In this document: piece after piece, positions 45,341 to 55,920 of the stretch
How the letters are laid out: the number at the start of each line of letters is the position of its first letter
Numbering within the stretch: position 1 is the stretch's first letter
IMG/VR virus record: IMGVR_UViG_3300026549_000047
Coordinates: 52,158-116,157 of that record
Direction: 5' to 3' (one strand)
DNA length: 64,000 nt
From: a virus
Taxonomy: Duplodnaviria > Heunggongvirae > Uroviricota > Caudoviricetes
Program-made: the position numbers and the translations under genes
Notes under the pieces: generated by a model
The model's database searches: none
Told to the model about the DNA's origin: nothing
The model's input: only the letters and a program-made list of their open reading frames with translations

Positions 45341-46471
45341 GACCTGATTTTCTGCATACTCCTTAAAGAGTCGCATAAGTTCAGGATTTTCATACTCCTC
45401 CTTCGTTGACTTCTCAGCCTCCTCCTGTGTGAAGTTAAGCTCTTTGATTAAGTGCTTAATGAAGCCCTCACGACACATTTCGTAAGCGAGATGAAGGGGA
45501 ATACCTATCTCATCCACAGCTAATGTTGTACTAGGTACAATAGGACAACGAGCAGAGTTCTTAACACGAACTGAATACAATCCACGAGCCTCATTCTTCT
45601 TTGATGTATTTAAGAGGTCTGTTGCTTGTTTCTTACCTGCATTCAGTAACATCCTCAGCAAGGCAGTGTATCTCACACGCTCGCCAGGGGTCTTGAACTG
45701 CTCCAGAGTCTTTACATAGTTCTGGGGATTTGATTTAACGTCATCCGCACAACACAGGCGAATAACAATAGAGTACCATATACTCAGTTTGTGAGAGTTC
45801 ATTTTCTTCTGACCTCCACGCATAACCAAGCTAAATGGTCGCATCATAGCCGGTTGTACTAAGTAATACCGGTTAATCATTCGTTTGTATGCCAGCAAAT
45901 GCTCCGGGAAGTATTTCTCGATAATAGCCATCAAACCTTCATACGAACATTTACTCTCATTTGTAATAAACTCAGAGATAGTGAGCTCGTTTTTGGCTTT
46001 GCTATATTCGAACTGGCAAGTATCAAATACTTTTATACCCAACTTCTTAGCGGAACGTCCAGCATAACCATTTCTTCTTAGATCTTCTCCCTGAAAATCA
46101 AGTTTTATCTTGACTCCGTCAAAAATCTGATCGAAGAGTTCTTTGAAGATATCAAAACGTAAGTCATTCAGGTAGTAGAAGGGGAGTTCAATCCTAGCAA
46201 ATCTACGTAGACCCTCTTCCTTTGTGAAAACACGTGCTCCACAATTAGGGCAAGGTTCAGCGGAGGTTTGTCGAATCTTACCACACACACAACGATCTTC
46301 ATACGGGGATCCAAAGATCTCCACATCGTATACACCCCCTGGAACAGGCTGAATTGAGCCAAATTTCAAGTTGAGGTCTTTGTGTGAGGTTAGAACTCTA
46401 TCCTTACCCTCTGAGTGGGTATAGTCAAGGATATCCTCATCGGTTAACAATTCAAGACTAACTTCTGCCAT
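45341..46471 (-). CDS. rpoC: RNAP beta' subunit: exon 1 (N-terminal zinc-binding region to switch-2 region)
   Basis: CVCGKIRQTSAEPCPNCGARV is the beta' N-terminal zinc ribbon. GLYSVRVKNSARCPIVPSTTLAVDEIGIP matches beta' [24 protein letters not shown]. It ends ...YAENQVV(L), which parallels EHPVLL just before NRAPTLH. Confidence 0.75.
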
Positions 46472-46477
46472 GTATAA

Positions 46478-47590
46478 TTATTTTACAAGTTTTAAGTCTT
46501 TCCATATAATCTTATCAGCAAGCTCGGAATCCATTGGGTTGTCCTTAGACCACTCTTTGAATACCTGCTTGACATCAGCGATAGCATCAGAACGTGTCTT
46601 ATCTTTGAGCTTCTCGTAAAGCTTATTAGGCTCAATAACTACCTCGATTAAGTCTGATACTAAGTCCTGCGTAATTGTACGACTAGCATTAGTAAAACGA
46701 GGTCTAAACTCACGATAATCCATTACATCCTGATGGTCAAGATCCAGGTCAGCGTATGCAGCAAGAGAACGAATCTCGGCTGGCTCTTTAGTGAACCACT
46801 CGATACCCATCTTCCTAACACGCTCAGCCACCTTATCTCGTCCACGGCTTTCATAACGTTGTGCAAGCTGCTCCACAATTACATACTTCTGCTTCTGAAT
46901 ACGTTCAAATGCATTTTTAATCTGCACTGCATATTCGGGAGGCATGGTCTCACAATTTAAAATAAGATCATACATTCCTGATGAGAACAGAAATATGATA
47001 AGTGCTGGGAGCTGTCTCTGTTTGCGTCTTTTCGACACAATAGAATCACGCGACAGGTCACGTTCTGACAGGTACTTAACAAAGCGGGCAATCTGAGCAC
47101 GGGCTTCTTTTGCATAGGCTTCATTAAATCCAGCATCATCAGCTCCACCAAATTCATCATCCAGGTCTCCACTTCTGAGCGGCTGATCTGGTGCATAAAT
47201 ACTAGCGGGGATACGGTTGTGACCCTGTGTCTGGAAAAGTTCCTTGGTGTAGTTCTCAACGGTCATCTGAGCTGTATTCTTAGGAGAAGCGGCAATAATG
47301 GTTCGAACAGCATCCACTATATTACTTGGGAATGCACGTCCACCACCCATACTTACACGATCTTCTTTCTTAGAGGCAGCCATGATGTCGTCGTAGGCAG
47401 AGGATAACCAAATCTCATCCTTTGTCATTTTACCACCATAGTCTTCTTCCGTTAGCTGAGGACTCGATTCTTTCTCTTCATCAGACTCTGATTCGAAATC
47501 TCCTTCTTCATCTACGTCCTCTTCTGGAGTGACATATTCTTGATCTTCGAGATCCTCTTCATCATCTAGCAAAAAATCGTCTTCATTCAT
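46478..47590 (-). CDS. hypothetical protein with highly acidic N-terminus
   Basis: 370 aa ORF directly upstream of beta'; about 60 aa D/E-rich N-terminal tail. Confidence 0.5.
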   Translation of the reverse strand: MNEDDFLLDDEEDLEDQEYVTPEEDVDEEGDFESESDEEKESSPQLTEEDYGGKMTKDEIWLSSAYDDIMAASKKEDRVSMGGGRAFPSNIVDAVRTIIAASPKNTAQMTVENYTKELFQTQGHNRIPASIYAPDQPLRSGDLDDEFGGADDAGFNEAYAKEARAQIARFVKYLSERDLSRDSIVSKRRKQRQLPALIIFLFSSGMYDLILNCETMPPEYAVQIKNAFERIQKQKYVIVEQLAQRYESRGRDKVAERVRKMGIEWFTKEPAEIRSLAAYADLDLDHQDVMDYREFRPRFTNASRTITQDLVSDLIEVVIEPNKLYEKLKDKTRSDAIADVKQVFKEWSKDNPMDSELADKIIWKDLKLVK

Positions 47591-47693
47591 TTGTTTATAT
47601 ATTCTTTAATAATTTTTAATTCTGAAAATAAAACCTGAAATTTATTCTCATTATATAACGGCGTCCATGGCCCTCAGCCGCATTTTAGCCGTT

Positions 47694-48245
47694 TTAGAAT
47701 ATTGCAAGGAGATTAGTAATGTCTCCTAGGTTGTCATTACAGACTCTTTTCTCTTCTACGTCAACCATATCGCCCTGGGGATTAATATACTTCGTGCCAG
47801 GGAATACAATCTCCTTTGGTTGAATAGTATAAGAACTCTTAGCATTATCAGCAGCCGTCTTAAATCGAGTCAGCCATACTTTTGCATAGTCACCCTTTCC
47901 ATCAGCAGGATCATAGGGTTCCTCAAAAAGACCTTCTTTCGGACGAGGACACTCGATCATTCTCGTAATCTCCGTAGTATCATCTTCCGAATCAGTCATC
48001 TTATACTCCCAATAGAAATATGTCTTCTTTAGGTTGCTCTTATATTCGTGTGCGCCATCCGCTTTGAGTAAGTCCTCCCAAATATTCTTGATCAGGGGTA
48101 CGATATTCTCGGAGACACCACTCGATGAGATCAAGGTCTGATTTTGAACGAGGCTATCACCAATAATCATAGCCTGTCCTTTAATAATCTTTCCTGTCAT
48201 TCCTTTAAACTTAAACTTTTTAATGAAAGAAAAGAGCATGATCAA
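47694..48245 (-). CDS. hypothetical protein
   Basis: 183 aa ORF. Confidence 0.5.
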   Translation of the reverse strand: MIMLFSFIKKFKFKGMTGKIIKGQAMIIGDSLVQNQTLISSSGVSENIVPLIKNIWEDLLKADGAHEYKSNLKKTYFYWEYKMTDSEDDTTEITRMIECPRPKEGLFEEPYDPADGKGDYAKVWLTRFKTAADNAKSSYTIQPKEIVFPGTKYINPQGDMVDVEEKRVCNDNLGDITNLLAIF

Positions 48246-48266
48246 TTGGTCACACTCTTCCTTTTC

Positions 48267-49307
48267 TTACTTAATTCTTCCCTCTCGGGCAAGTTTCTGA
48301 ACGATTCTTAGGTAACTATCACAGTTATAATACTCGCTCAGACTTTCCGTTAGCTTTAAGAAACTAAGCGGGAAGTGTCTTTCAATCTCTGCCTTCATGT
48401 CTGGTTCATTCATATACTTTCGGAATATATAACTTACTCCGCCGCATACAAGAATACCATCCACAGCATCGATAGCTTCACCTAACTTGTTTTCAAGTAG
48501 GTTTAATACATCAGCCAGATATTTTTTGCAAATTTTATCCATAGGTTCCGTTACATCATAACGACGACCTCTTCGCTCAAACTGACCCTGAGGGCTATCC
48601 TCAATAATCTTCTGAACTTCTCGGTTGCTTAAACGGAACTCATATGTTTTGTAGATATAATCTGACAAGTTGTTAACTATATTAATAACACCACTACCTT
48701 CTACACCAATACAGCTACCTGCAGTTGTTCCTGAAGAAGCAATATTAGCAAAATCACAAGTAAGCATACCACCATCCAAGAGGATATAAGAGTTCATCTT
48801 AGTCTTAGAACTTTTCTCCTGAAGGCTAAGGCCCATTTCATTATAAGATGCCTTACAACTTAGGCCTTGTGGTAAGCAAAGGAAGTAATTAGTGGAGGGA
48901 TTTATCATTAAAGTTTCGTAGAGATAAGACAAGAGGTCATCGGCATACTGATTAAAAGCCATGCTAAGACCAACAGCTACCTTGTCAAAAGATAGGCCAT
49001 AAGTCTTGTATCTTTGAAGGAGAAAACTAACTAAGATTGGATAACATGCTTTCATGGACTTATAGTCAACAATCTCAATAAGGTATGACTTAGGTACATG
49101 AAGAGCTGCTTCTCCAATGATGTAATATTCTCCGTTTACCTGAAACATAACATCGTTGTCAATCTCCAAGGGCTTCTCGGGGAATTTGGCAACTGCGCTT
49201 ATAAACTTCTCATACTGGAGTACGCCTTCAAGGTCAGTATAACAAGCCTTGATGGCACTATAACCCAAGTCGAGAGCTAATACTTTAATTTCGTTTTCCT
49301 CTCCCAT
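48267..49307 (-). CDS. actin-like ATPase (ParM/StbA/Alp family)
   Basis: N-terminal phosphate-1 motif KVLALDLGYSAIKACY, a later GGG-containing adenosine/phosphate-2 region ILVCGGVSYIFRKY, and a length of about 350 aa typical of ParM-like proteins. Confidence 0.6.
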   Translation of the reverse strand: MGEENEIKVLALDLGYSAIKACYTDLEGVLQYEKFISAVAKFPEKPLEIDNDVMFQVNGEYYIIGEAALHVPKSYLIEIVDYKSMKACYPILVSFLLQRYKTYGLSFDKVAVGLSMAFNQYADDLLSYLYETLMINPSTNYFLCLPQGLSCKASYNEMGLSLQEKSSKTKMNSYILLDGGMLTCDFANIASSGTTAGSCIGVEGSGVINIVNNLSDYIYKTYEFRLSNREVQKIIEDSPQGQFERRGRRYDVTEPMDKICKKYLADVLNLLENKLGEAIDAVDGILVCGGVSYIFRKYMNEPDMKAEIERHFPLSFLKLTESLSEYYNCDSYLRIVQKLAREGRIK

Positions 49308-49309
49308 AA

Positions 49310-49759
49310 TTACTTTTTAAGTGCATTAATAATACTTACGTATGTATTGATGATTTTCTTATCTACTTTGTACTTCTCTAAGTCCGAAAGAAGATCTGAC
49401 TCTAGATACTCGATAGGGAGGTGTGGATATAAGACAGAAAATCCTGCTGTAATCATACCCATTCCATAATCATCTGATAGCTTTCCAGTTTGCTCATCTA
49501 TATTTCTAACCACCACAACCTGACATAGGTCGCTCTTTGTATTAGTGTTTTTATAGAGGAACACGGGAACGCCTTCAAGAAGCGTACGATGAATAGATGC
49601 AAATACTTCAGCAGCTGCCTTATCAACACTATCCCATCCCCATACAATCTGATTAATTCTTTCATCAGTAAATTCTTCTTCAGAACTCGTGTTGTTCATA
49701 ATAGGATTCGGGTCCTCCATAGGAGAAGGACTCTTCCGGATTCTCTTTTTCTCTTCCAT
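49310..49759 (-). CDS. hypothetical protein (start probably at an internal Met)
   Basis: ORF overlaps the upstream gene by about 80 nt in another frame. Confidence 0.4.
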   Translation of the reverse strand: MEEKKRIRKSPSPMEDPNPIMNNTSSEEEFTDERINQIVWGWDSVDKAAAEVFASIHRTLLEGVPVFLYKNTNTKSDLCQVVVVRNIDEQTGKLSDDYGMGMITAGFSVLYPHLPIEYLESDLLSDLEKYKVDKKIINTYVSIINALKK

Positions 49760-50123
49760 TATTAATAATATAAATTAGTACGTAATAATAATTTGGTAAT
49801 CCACACTCTACCTGCTGTATTCCCATTTGATCTACATTCAAGCTTACTAAAGACTGTCCTATTATATCTAGAACATTAAAAATATGTCTTAACCATTGTG
49901 GATTTTCTATAACTTTTTTTATTTCTATTAAGAGACTGAACTCTTCCCATTGGCCATGTTCTGTTTCGATGGCCTGTGACTCAATGAATTTAAGATCGGC
50001 ACCGGGAAACTTATCCCAGGGTATAGACTGGATCGCGTCAGCAATTTCTCCCTTGACTCCCAGCCTTCTTTTGCCTTTCATCTTCAGGAGTCGCTCTATA
50101 TTATTTCCGACCCGTATGTCCAT
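49680..50123 (-). CDS. hypothetical protein
   Basis: 147 aa ORF. Confidence 0.45.
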   Translation of the reverse strand: MDIRVGNNIERLLKMKGKRRLGVKGEIADAIQSIPWDKFPGADLKFIESQAIETEHGQWEEFSLLIEIKKVIENPQWLRHIFNVLDIIGQSLVSLNVDQMGIQQVECGLPNYYYVLIYIINNGREKENPEESFSYGGPESYYEQHEF

Positions 50124-50538
50124 ATCCTCCGTCTCCGCGCTCTGTTTCTGACAATTCTGTAGTGAGTTCTAGGTCAGCCTGTTCATGTTGGGCAATAACT
50201 AATTGAGCTATTCTTTCACCTGGCTCAATAGTACATTCCTCATTACTCAGGTTAATTAGAACCACACCTATTTCTCCTCTGTAATCAGCATCAACTGTGC
50301 CAGGGGCATTAAGAACTGTCAATCCTTTCTTCAATGCCAGTCCACTACGAGGTCTTACTTGTGCCTCGTATCCAAGTGGCAACTGAATAAATAGTCCCGT
50401 TGGGAATAGTTTTCTCTCAAGTGGTTTGAGAGTTATTTCTTGTTCTATATTTGCTCTTAGATCCATTCCCGCTGATCCTGATGTTGCATATTCAGGAAGT
50501 GGGTAGTTAGACTTATTAATTACTTTTACTTTAATCAT
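50101..50538 (-). CDS. dut: dUTP diphosphatase (dUTPase)
   Basis: All five dUTPase motifs are present: [35 protein letters not shown] and a C-terminal [10 protein letters not shown]. Confidence 0.85.
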   Translation of the reverse strand: MIKVKVINKSNYPLPEYATSGSAGMDLRANIEQEITLKPLERKLFPTGLFIQLPLGYEAQVRPRSGLALKKGLTVLNAPGTVDADYRGEIGVVLINLSNEECTIEPGERIAQLVIAQHEQADLELTTELSETERGDGGYGHTGRK

Positions 50539-50984
50539 AGTTTATATTTCCACTTAGTAAACAGTCTAAAGAGCCAGGAATTGCCTGATACAAACCTAAC
50601 ACTTCCTATTCTATCTGGCCCTTTACTAAATTCTCGGAGATCAACTGCATAAATATCAAACCCATAATTCTCTGGGGAAAGACATGTCCTTTCATCTAAG
50701 ATCCTATCATCTGCAATCATAGATTGAAGAGTATTCATTAGATAATTATAGTCATCCGGGAGAAGATAAGTGGGCTTTTTTATAGAGTCAAGTCCAAGAC
50801 AATAGTAGATAGGAAGACGAAGTCTCACGGATATTCCTTTCTGCTCTAGCAGGAGAGGTGATCCAACTCCGTCTTTCTCATACTTTACTGTAATGGGAAT
50901 GGGTCTATCAGTCAGAACAGTTGTTTTCGAAAACTCTACTAAGTTATTGTAGATCTCGAGAAGATCGTTCTGAAGTGTAACCAT
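50535..50984 (-). CDS. hypothetical protein
   Basis: 149 aa ORF, 4-nt overlaps on both sides. Confidence 0.5.
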   Translation of the reverse strand: MVTLQNDLLEIYNNLVEFSKTTVLTDRPIPITVKYEKDGVGSPLLLEQKGISVRLRLPIYYCLGLDSIKKPTYLLPDDYNYLMNTLQSMIADDRILDERTCLSPENYGFDIYAVDLREFSKGPDRIGSVRFVSGNSWLFRLFTKWKYKL

Positions 50985-51610
50985 TAACCCTCAGTGCTAG
51001 TTGCCAAGAACAGCTTAACTCCTACCTGATCAAGAATGTCATAGATACGGGTTGCGTAACCAGGCTCAATACGGCCAGTCAGTTCCTTAACCTTCTCAAG
51101 ATTCTCAATCATCTCCTTCAGAGGATTCTTAGTACCACTGAACTTACTATCATCAAAAAGACCAGACTGATCAATTGCCTGACGAAGAACAGTTACGATA
51201 TCCATACCGTCCGTGGGAATAATCTTAATGGCAGTCGGATAATCATACTGAACAAAGTTGCTATCAATAACATTCCACTCGGCTGTGCCAGCAGGAACAT
51301 CAGTAGCATTGTCCTCGTCGTCTGTTACATTCTGAATCTTTACCAGATAACCAGCCTTAGCCAGCCAATAATTAATACAAGCAAAATCCTTGGTCGTAAT
51401 TCCGGCGTCACCGTTAATTACATTGATAATGTCCGGATTTCCCAAGGCAACTTCAATAGATGCAACGTTCGTGCGCAGAAATCCCTTAACGAAATCCATA
51501 ACACTAACGCCCATAGTCTCCTTGTCGAAACGTGAACGATCGACACATTGTCCCATAGTAACGTTAACATCGCTACCTGCGGGAACTGCATACAAACTTA
51601 CTTCAATCAT
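50984..51610 (-). CDS. hypothetical protein
   Basis: 208 aa ORF. Confidence 0.5.
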   Translation of the reverse strand: MIEVSLYAVPAGSDVNVTMGQCVDRSRFDKETMGVSVMDFVKGFLRTNVASIEVALGNPDIINVINGDAGITTKDFACINYWLAKAGYLVKIQNVTDDEDNATDVPAGTAEWNVIDSNFVQYDYPTAIKIIPTDGMDIVTVLRQAIDQSGLFDDSKFSGTKNPLKEMIENLEKVKELTGRIEPGYATRIYDILDQVGVKLFLATSTEG

Positions 51611-51618
51611 TTGTTGTT

Positions 51619-51999
51619 TTAGATATTATTTATATTAGTCGGATCCGTGATAGCAAGTAAGATACCCCAAATCCTTTCCTCAGGTTTTCCAACCTGGAAT
51701 AGTCTCTTTTCATTAGAAGTAAAATCTCCTGTAGTCAAGATGGCCTCATAAATCTCTGTGAGATCTACTTCTTCTCCTTTCATCCAATCTAGCTGTCTAT
51801 CCATCAGGTAGGATTCGAAAGGTCCATTCTGACATTGTCTGAGGTCAAGTAGCATGAACTCATCAACGTCATAGATGTCTTTCCAAATCTCAAACATATT
51901 GGATATCCTGGCTGCACTTCCAAAATCACGGACCACACGATGGAATGTCTCCAAGGTTGTGGCCGGATAATTTTTATTCTTCTTGTCTACTTTGTACAT
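51619..51999 (-). CDS. hypothetical protein
   Basis: 126 aa ORF. Confidence 0.45.
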   Translation of the reverse strand: MYKVDKKNKNYPATTLETFHRVVRDFGSAARISNMFEIWKDIYDVDEFMLLDLRQCQNGPFESYLMDRQLDWMKGEEVDLTEIYEAILTTGDFTSNEKRLFQVGKPEERIWGILLAITDPTNINNI

Positions 52000-53486
52000 A
52001 CTTCGGTTAAGACCTTGAAACTGGCTGCCCAGACTAACTCGAGGTTTCTCTTTTGAAGTGATGTCTTCAGGAATGAATCTAAGTAATCGTGATACCCTTG
52101 TGAATCATTTGCTCTGATATACATGAGAAGTACAGTCTTATCAAAACCAGTGTTTTCCCATCTAAAACGATCAATCACAAGTAACTGATTGAGATCGAGA
52201 TCGTCAATGGATTTAACACTTCCCATATAGGCTCGCATCCGGTTTAGTCTCTGAGAACACATTGGATTACCGCACTTAATTAGGGATCCATAAACGTCTT
52301 TCTCTGACATGGTATATCCACAAGTACAGGTAGGCCACTGATAGTCTCCATTACCACCCTTAAATACTTCACCCACCATGGGAATAGTACTATTGGCCAA
52401 GATTATACCAACCTCAGCACCTGGAGTAATGTTATTCTTTACTAACTTTGCCACAGAACCTGCACTAGGTTTCTTAACTGTACAACCATGAATGGTAACT
52501 GGATCTACTATTACGTTAGCAGACCAAGAGTCTTTACCTTTCGGGGTCTGATCATTCCACTGAATGGAGTGAACCACAGTCTTAATAGCCTCTGTGCCAG
52601 AACCTGCTCCCGCGTATTTGAGGGCTCTCTGACAAATTCCCTGGGCATTATAGATAACAATACCGTCGTTCAGGAATCTGCCAGTGTTTGTCAAAGTTCT
52701 ATCATGTTCTACAAAATCACCCATAGTCTCCAATTCCGTCAATGTCCATACCTGTGCTGGGGCGAACATAACATGTCCGTCAAGCGCAGATGTAACTGTC
52801 TGGAAAGATCCTAAAACGTTTTTGTAGTTGGAGTTTCTAATGAACTGTCCTTGCTGAGTATTATCTGTGTAATACCGATAGGCTCGAAGAGTCAAGAGAC
52901 TAGAAACTTCTGCATCACAATACTTCGAGTTAATCAAGCCATTAGCTTTCTGCCTAGCCCGATCAGGGTCAATGTCATTTAATCTATCTATATCAATTAA
53001 TGCTTCTGCTTGAATAGCAACAATACCTTTAGGGAATTTCTTTGGGAGAAACTTCATAAGCTTCCATGTCTGATCCACCCCAAGTCCACTTAAGTTCAGG
53101 TTTCCCACTGTTACAATACGTTTCGGTTTTCCTGTTGTGGAATCAAGATAGATAGCAATACTACTACCATCGTACTTCAGAGTACAATAAGTTTCGTCCT
53201 TACTAAGACCAAGCTCCTGAGAAGATTGTCTAATAGCCTCCAGCATTGTTACACCTTCCACCTTAAACTTCTTTATCTTCTCAATATATTCATTTTTTGT
53301 TTTCGCTCCTTTCAGAAACGTATCAAAAACATAGTCCCTTACGAAAAATCCATCCTCTTGGGCTGCTTTTCGTTCATAGGAATCAAAAGTTTCATCTGAC
53401 ATGCCGGTCGGGAGAGAATCTACCCAATAATTTTTTGCGGCATTAATCAAGAATTCCCATTTCTGTATTACTGCTTCTTCAACCAT
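51987..53486 (-). CDS. DNA ligase (adenylation KxDG motif, C-terminal Cys4 zinc finger; LigA-like architecture)
   Basis: TLKYDGSSIAIY is motif I with the catalytic Lys. C-terminus PTCTCGYTMSEKDVYGSLIKCGNPMCSQR resembles the LigA Zn finger. About 500 aa. Confidence 0.7.
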   Translation of the reverse strand: MVEEAVIQKWEFLINAAKNYWVDSLPTGMSDETFDSYERKAAQEDGFFVRDYVFDTFLKGAKTKNEYIEKIKKFKVEGVTMLEAIRQSSQELGLSKDETYCTLKYDGSSIAIYLDSTTGKPKRIVTVGNLNLSGLGVDQTWKLMKFLPKKFPKGIVAIQAEALIDIDRLNDIDPDRARQKANGLINSKYCDAEVSSLLTLRAYRYYTDNTQQGQFIRNSNYKNVLGSFQTVTSALDGHVMFAPAQVWTLTELETMGDFVEHDRTLTNTGRFLNDGIVIYNAQGICQRALKYAGAGSGTEAIKTVVHSIQWNDQTPKGKDSWSANVIVDPVTIHGCTVKKPSAGSVAKLVKNNITPGAEVGIILANSTIPMVGEVFKGGNGDYQWPTCTCGYTMSEKDVYGSLIKCGNPMCSQRLNRMRAYMGSVKSIDDLDLNQLLVIDRFRWENTGFDKTVLLMYIRANDSQGYHDYLDSFLKTSLQKRNLELVWAASFKVLTEVCTK

Positions 53487-53833
53487 CCTAATATGATATC
53501 TTGTATTTCATCAATAAACGTATCCATGAGATTAGATTCGCTCGGACTGTCTGGAATATACTCTTGATCAGGTCTAGCCACGATCGTGTATTCTTCTTCA
53601 GTCTCGGGATCAAATCTATCAATCACGGCATATCCGCGATCTCTCAGGAATTTCTTAACTTTGTCCGGGTCCCAGGGAATGCCAAACGGCTTGGGAATCA
53701 ATGTAGCTGCTAAGATAGTTTTGGCCCAAGGGCAATCATCCTCGTCAGGCTCTTCACCACCATCTATCCAGTTTCCATCAGGGGGTCCCTCCCCAGGAGT
53801 AGGATCAAATTTGCTAAAATCATTATCAAACAT
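53468..53833 (-). CDS. hypothetical acidic protein
   Basis: 121 aa ORF. Confidence 0.45.
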   Translation of the reverse strand: MFDNDFSKFDPTPGEGPPDGNWIDGGEEPDEDDCPWAKTILAATLIPKPFGIPWDPDKVKKFLRDRGYAVIDRFDPETEEEYTIVARPDQEYIPDSPSESNLMDTFIDEIQDIILGWLKKQ

Positions 53834-53945
53834 AACCTAAAATATTATCTCTTTTCATTCACTAATCAGGGATTCGAGGGTAAGGATCCGCGTTTTCTTT
53901 GTTTCGAAAAAGAAATACCCGTTTTATAGGGTACTTCCTTTCTTT

Positions 53946-55586
53946 TTAGATTACACCACCATTCTCCTTTTTGATCTCTGGGTCATCAATAATAGTACAG
54001 TCAATCAAGAGAATCATGGCTGCAGCACTGATTGAATTCTCCAAGGATACTCGAAGTGCTTTAGCGGAATCCAGAATCATAGAATCCTCGATTTTCTCCA
54101 TCTGCTTCGTCTTGGCATTAAACACGAAACCGTCCTTTGTAATGGCAGCTCGTTCCAAGACAATAACACCTTCTGCTCCCGCATTATCTGCAATGGTTTT
54201 CAGGACAACAGGCAGTGAATCAAACACTGTCATGGCACCTTCCTTCTCACTAGGAGTCAGGTTCTTCCAGAATGCCTTGTCTTTCTTAGCGGCACGGCTA
54301 CCCTTGAAGAAGATATAACCACCGCCTGGTACACAACCCTCTTCAATGGCACTCTTCGCGGCGAGTACAGAATCTTCGATGGTTGCTTTACGATTCTGCT
54401 TCTCAGCTTCTGTTGCACCACCAGCACGAATGATAGCAATACCACCCGTCAGATTAGCGAGACGCTTCTCAAACTTGGTCTTATCATAGTCACTAACCCC
54501 CTCAGCCTGGAGACGAGCCTTAACAATCTCAGCACGTTCACGAACAGCCTCTGGATCACCATGACCCTCATAGATAATCGTACTATCACGACTTACCACT
54601 ACACGAGTAGCCATACCAAGGTTAGCCAAGGTGGCCTGTGCAACGGTCGTACCATTCTCCTGACATAGGTAGTCAGCTCCAACAGCAATGGCAATATCAG
54701 CCATGATGTTCTTTCTGGAATCACCAAAGTCAATACCTTTCACAACACAGCAACGAATAGCTCCATGCAAGACATTCATAACGAACGTAGCATTAACGAT
54801 ATCGTCCATGTCGTCACAGATAATCAGCAAGGGACGTCCCTGTGAATTGGTCTGATAATCCTGGAGAAGAGTCATGAGCTGACCCATACTAGAGATACGT
54901 TCACCAGCAACCAGGATGTAAGGATTATCCATAGTACACTTACCATCCTCTGGGGAAGTTATGTACTGTGGAGATGCCCAACCACGATCCAGTTTCATAC
55001 CGGTAGTAACGTCAATGATAGTATCAAGACCAGATGCCATGTCAGCCGTGATCAAACCATTCAAACCGACCTTCTGAATACCTTCTACCACCAAGTTACC
55101 GACCTCGGGGTCATTGTTAGCAGAGATAGTGGCTACTTTTCGAATCTTCTCAAGGTCACCATCAATTTCAATGGCATTATCCTTGATGTAATTCTCCATC
55201 CACTTACCAGCCTTCAACATACCAGCCTTAAGCTCATTCACATTAGCTCCATTGGTGACTGCTTTGTGACCCCTTACACAAAACTCTTCGATAAGAAGTG
55301 ATGTTGTGGAAGTAGCATCACCCGCCTGATCCTCCGTGAGGGTAGCTGCCTTCTTAACAAGTTCAGCACCAATATTCTCCTCACGGTTTTTCAGTTGGAT
55401 AGACTTTGCCACGGTAGCACCGTCACGAGTAATCTCCACGCCAAAGTCAGTGTCAATGGCAACAGCTTTACCGGAAGGTCCAATAGTTGTCTTAATAGCC
55501 TCAACGGCCTTCACTACACCAGCGATGACTCGGCTCTGAACCTGGTCACCTTTTTCAATAATCTTATTATTCATTTCTTTAATCAA
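53946..55586 (-). CDS. groEL: GroEL-like chaperonin (Hsp60)
   Basis: GPSGKAVAIDTDFGVEITRDGATVAKSIQLKN..ENIGAELVKKAA......GDATSTTS parallels GroEL [46 protein letters not shown]...GDGTTTAT. 546 aa. Confidence 0.85.
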   Translation of the reverse strand: MIKEMNNKIIEKGDQVQSRVIAGVVKAVEAIKTTIGPSGKAVAIDTDFGVEITRDGATVAKSIQLKNREENIGAELVKKAATLTEDQAGDATSTTSLLIEEFCVRGHKAVTNGANVNELKAGMLKAGKWMENYIKDNAIEIDGDLEKIRKVATISANNDPEVGNLVVEGIQKVGLNGLITADMASGLDTIIDVTTGMKLDRGWASPQYITSPEDGKCTMDNPYILVAGERISSMGQLMTLLQDYQTNSQGRPLLIICDDMDDIVNATFVMNVLHGAIRCCVVKGIDFGDSRKNIMADIAIAVGADYLCQENGTTVAQATLANLGMATRVVVSRDSTIIYEGHGDPEAVRERAEIVKARLQAEGVSDYDKTKFEKRLANLTGGIAIIRAGGATEAEKQNRKATIEDSVLAAKSAIEEGCVPGGGYIFFKGSRAAKKDKAFWKNLTPSEKEGAMTVFDSLPVVLKTIADNAGAEGVIVLERAAITKDGFVFNAKTKQMEKIEDSMILDSAKALRVSLENSISAAAMILLIDCTIIDDPEIKKENGGVI

Positions 55587-55851
55587 CTACAGTTAAGATG
55601 TCCGACACAGAGATAACCTTATAGGTCTCTCCCTCATAAGTAACTTCATGACCAGCGTTAGGGTATGTATAAACCAACGCACCACCAGTAATAGATTGAT
55701 CTGCTACGTTAGGACCAACGGACACAACACGAGCCGAATCAAACTTACCATCACCAACAGTCATCTTAAAGCCTCCGAGTTTCTCGGTCAAGGCATCATC
55801 CTGTAATTTCTCAGGTTTAACTAAAATTTTAGTATCAATTGCTCTAATCAT
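55579..55851 (-). CDS. groES: GroES-like co-chaperonin (Hsp10)
   Basis: 90 aa. IRAIDTKILVKPEK...VVSVGPNV...SDILTVV parallels GroES IRPLHDRVIVKR...VLAVGNGR...SDILAIV. Located directly upstream of, and overlapping, the groEL-like gene. Confidence 0.6.
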   Translation of the reverse strand: MIRAIDTKILVKPEKLQDDALTEKLGGFKMTVGDGKFDSARVVSVGPNVADQSITGGALVYTYPNAGHEVTYEGETYKVISVSDILTVVD

Positions 55852-55920
55852 AATTAATAAATTAATTTATTCTTTCACGCATAAAGAAGAGACCTGCCAG
55901 GGAAACGCAAAATCTTCATT

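Noticed and set aside
33465-46471. phiKZ-style split multisubunit RNAP (many separate small beta/beta' polypeptide genes).
   Set aside because: Fragment ends fall inside conserved motifs (e.g. MIG | LDGGKGV) and are bridged by intron cores; the apparent C-terminal tails are translated intron sequence.
33465-46471. Inteins or split inteins at the RNAP fragment junctions.
   Set aside because: No Cys/Ser at junction +1, no terminal HN, and no Hint-domain blocks; the interruptions are at the RNA (intron) level.
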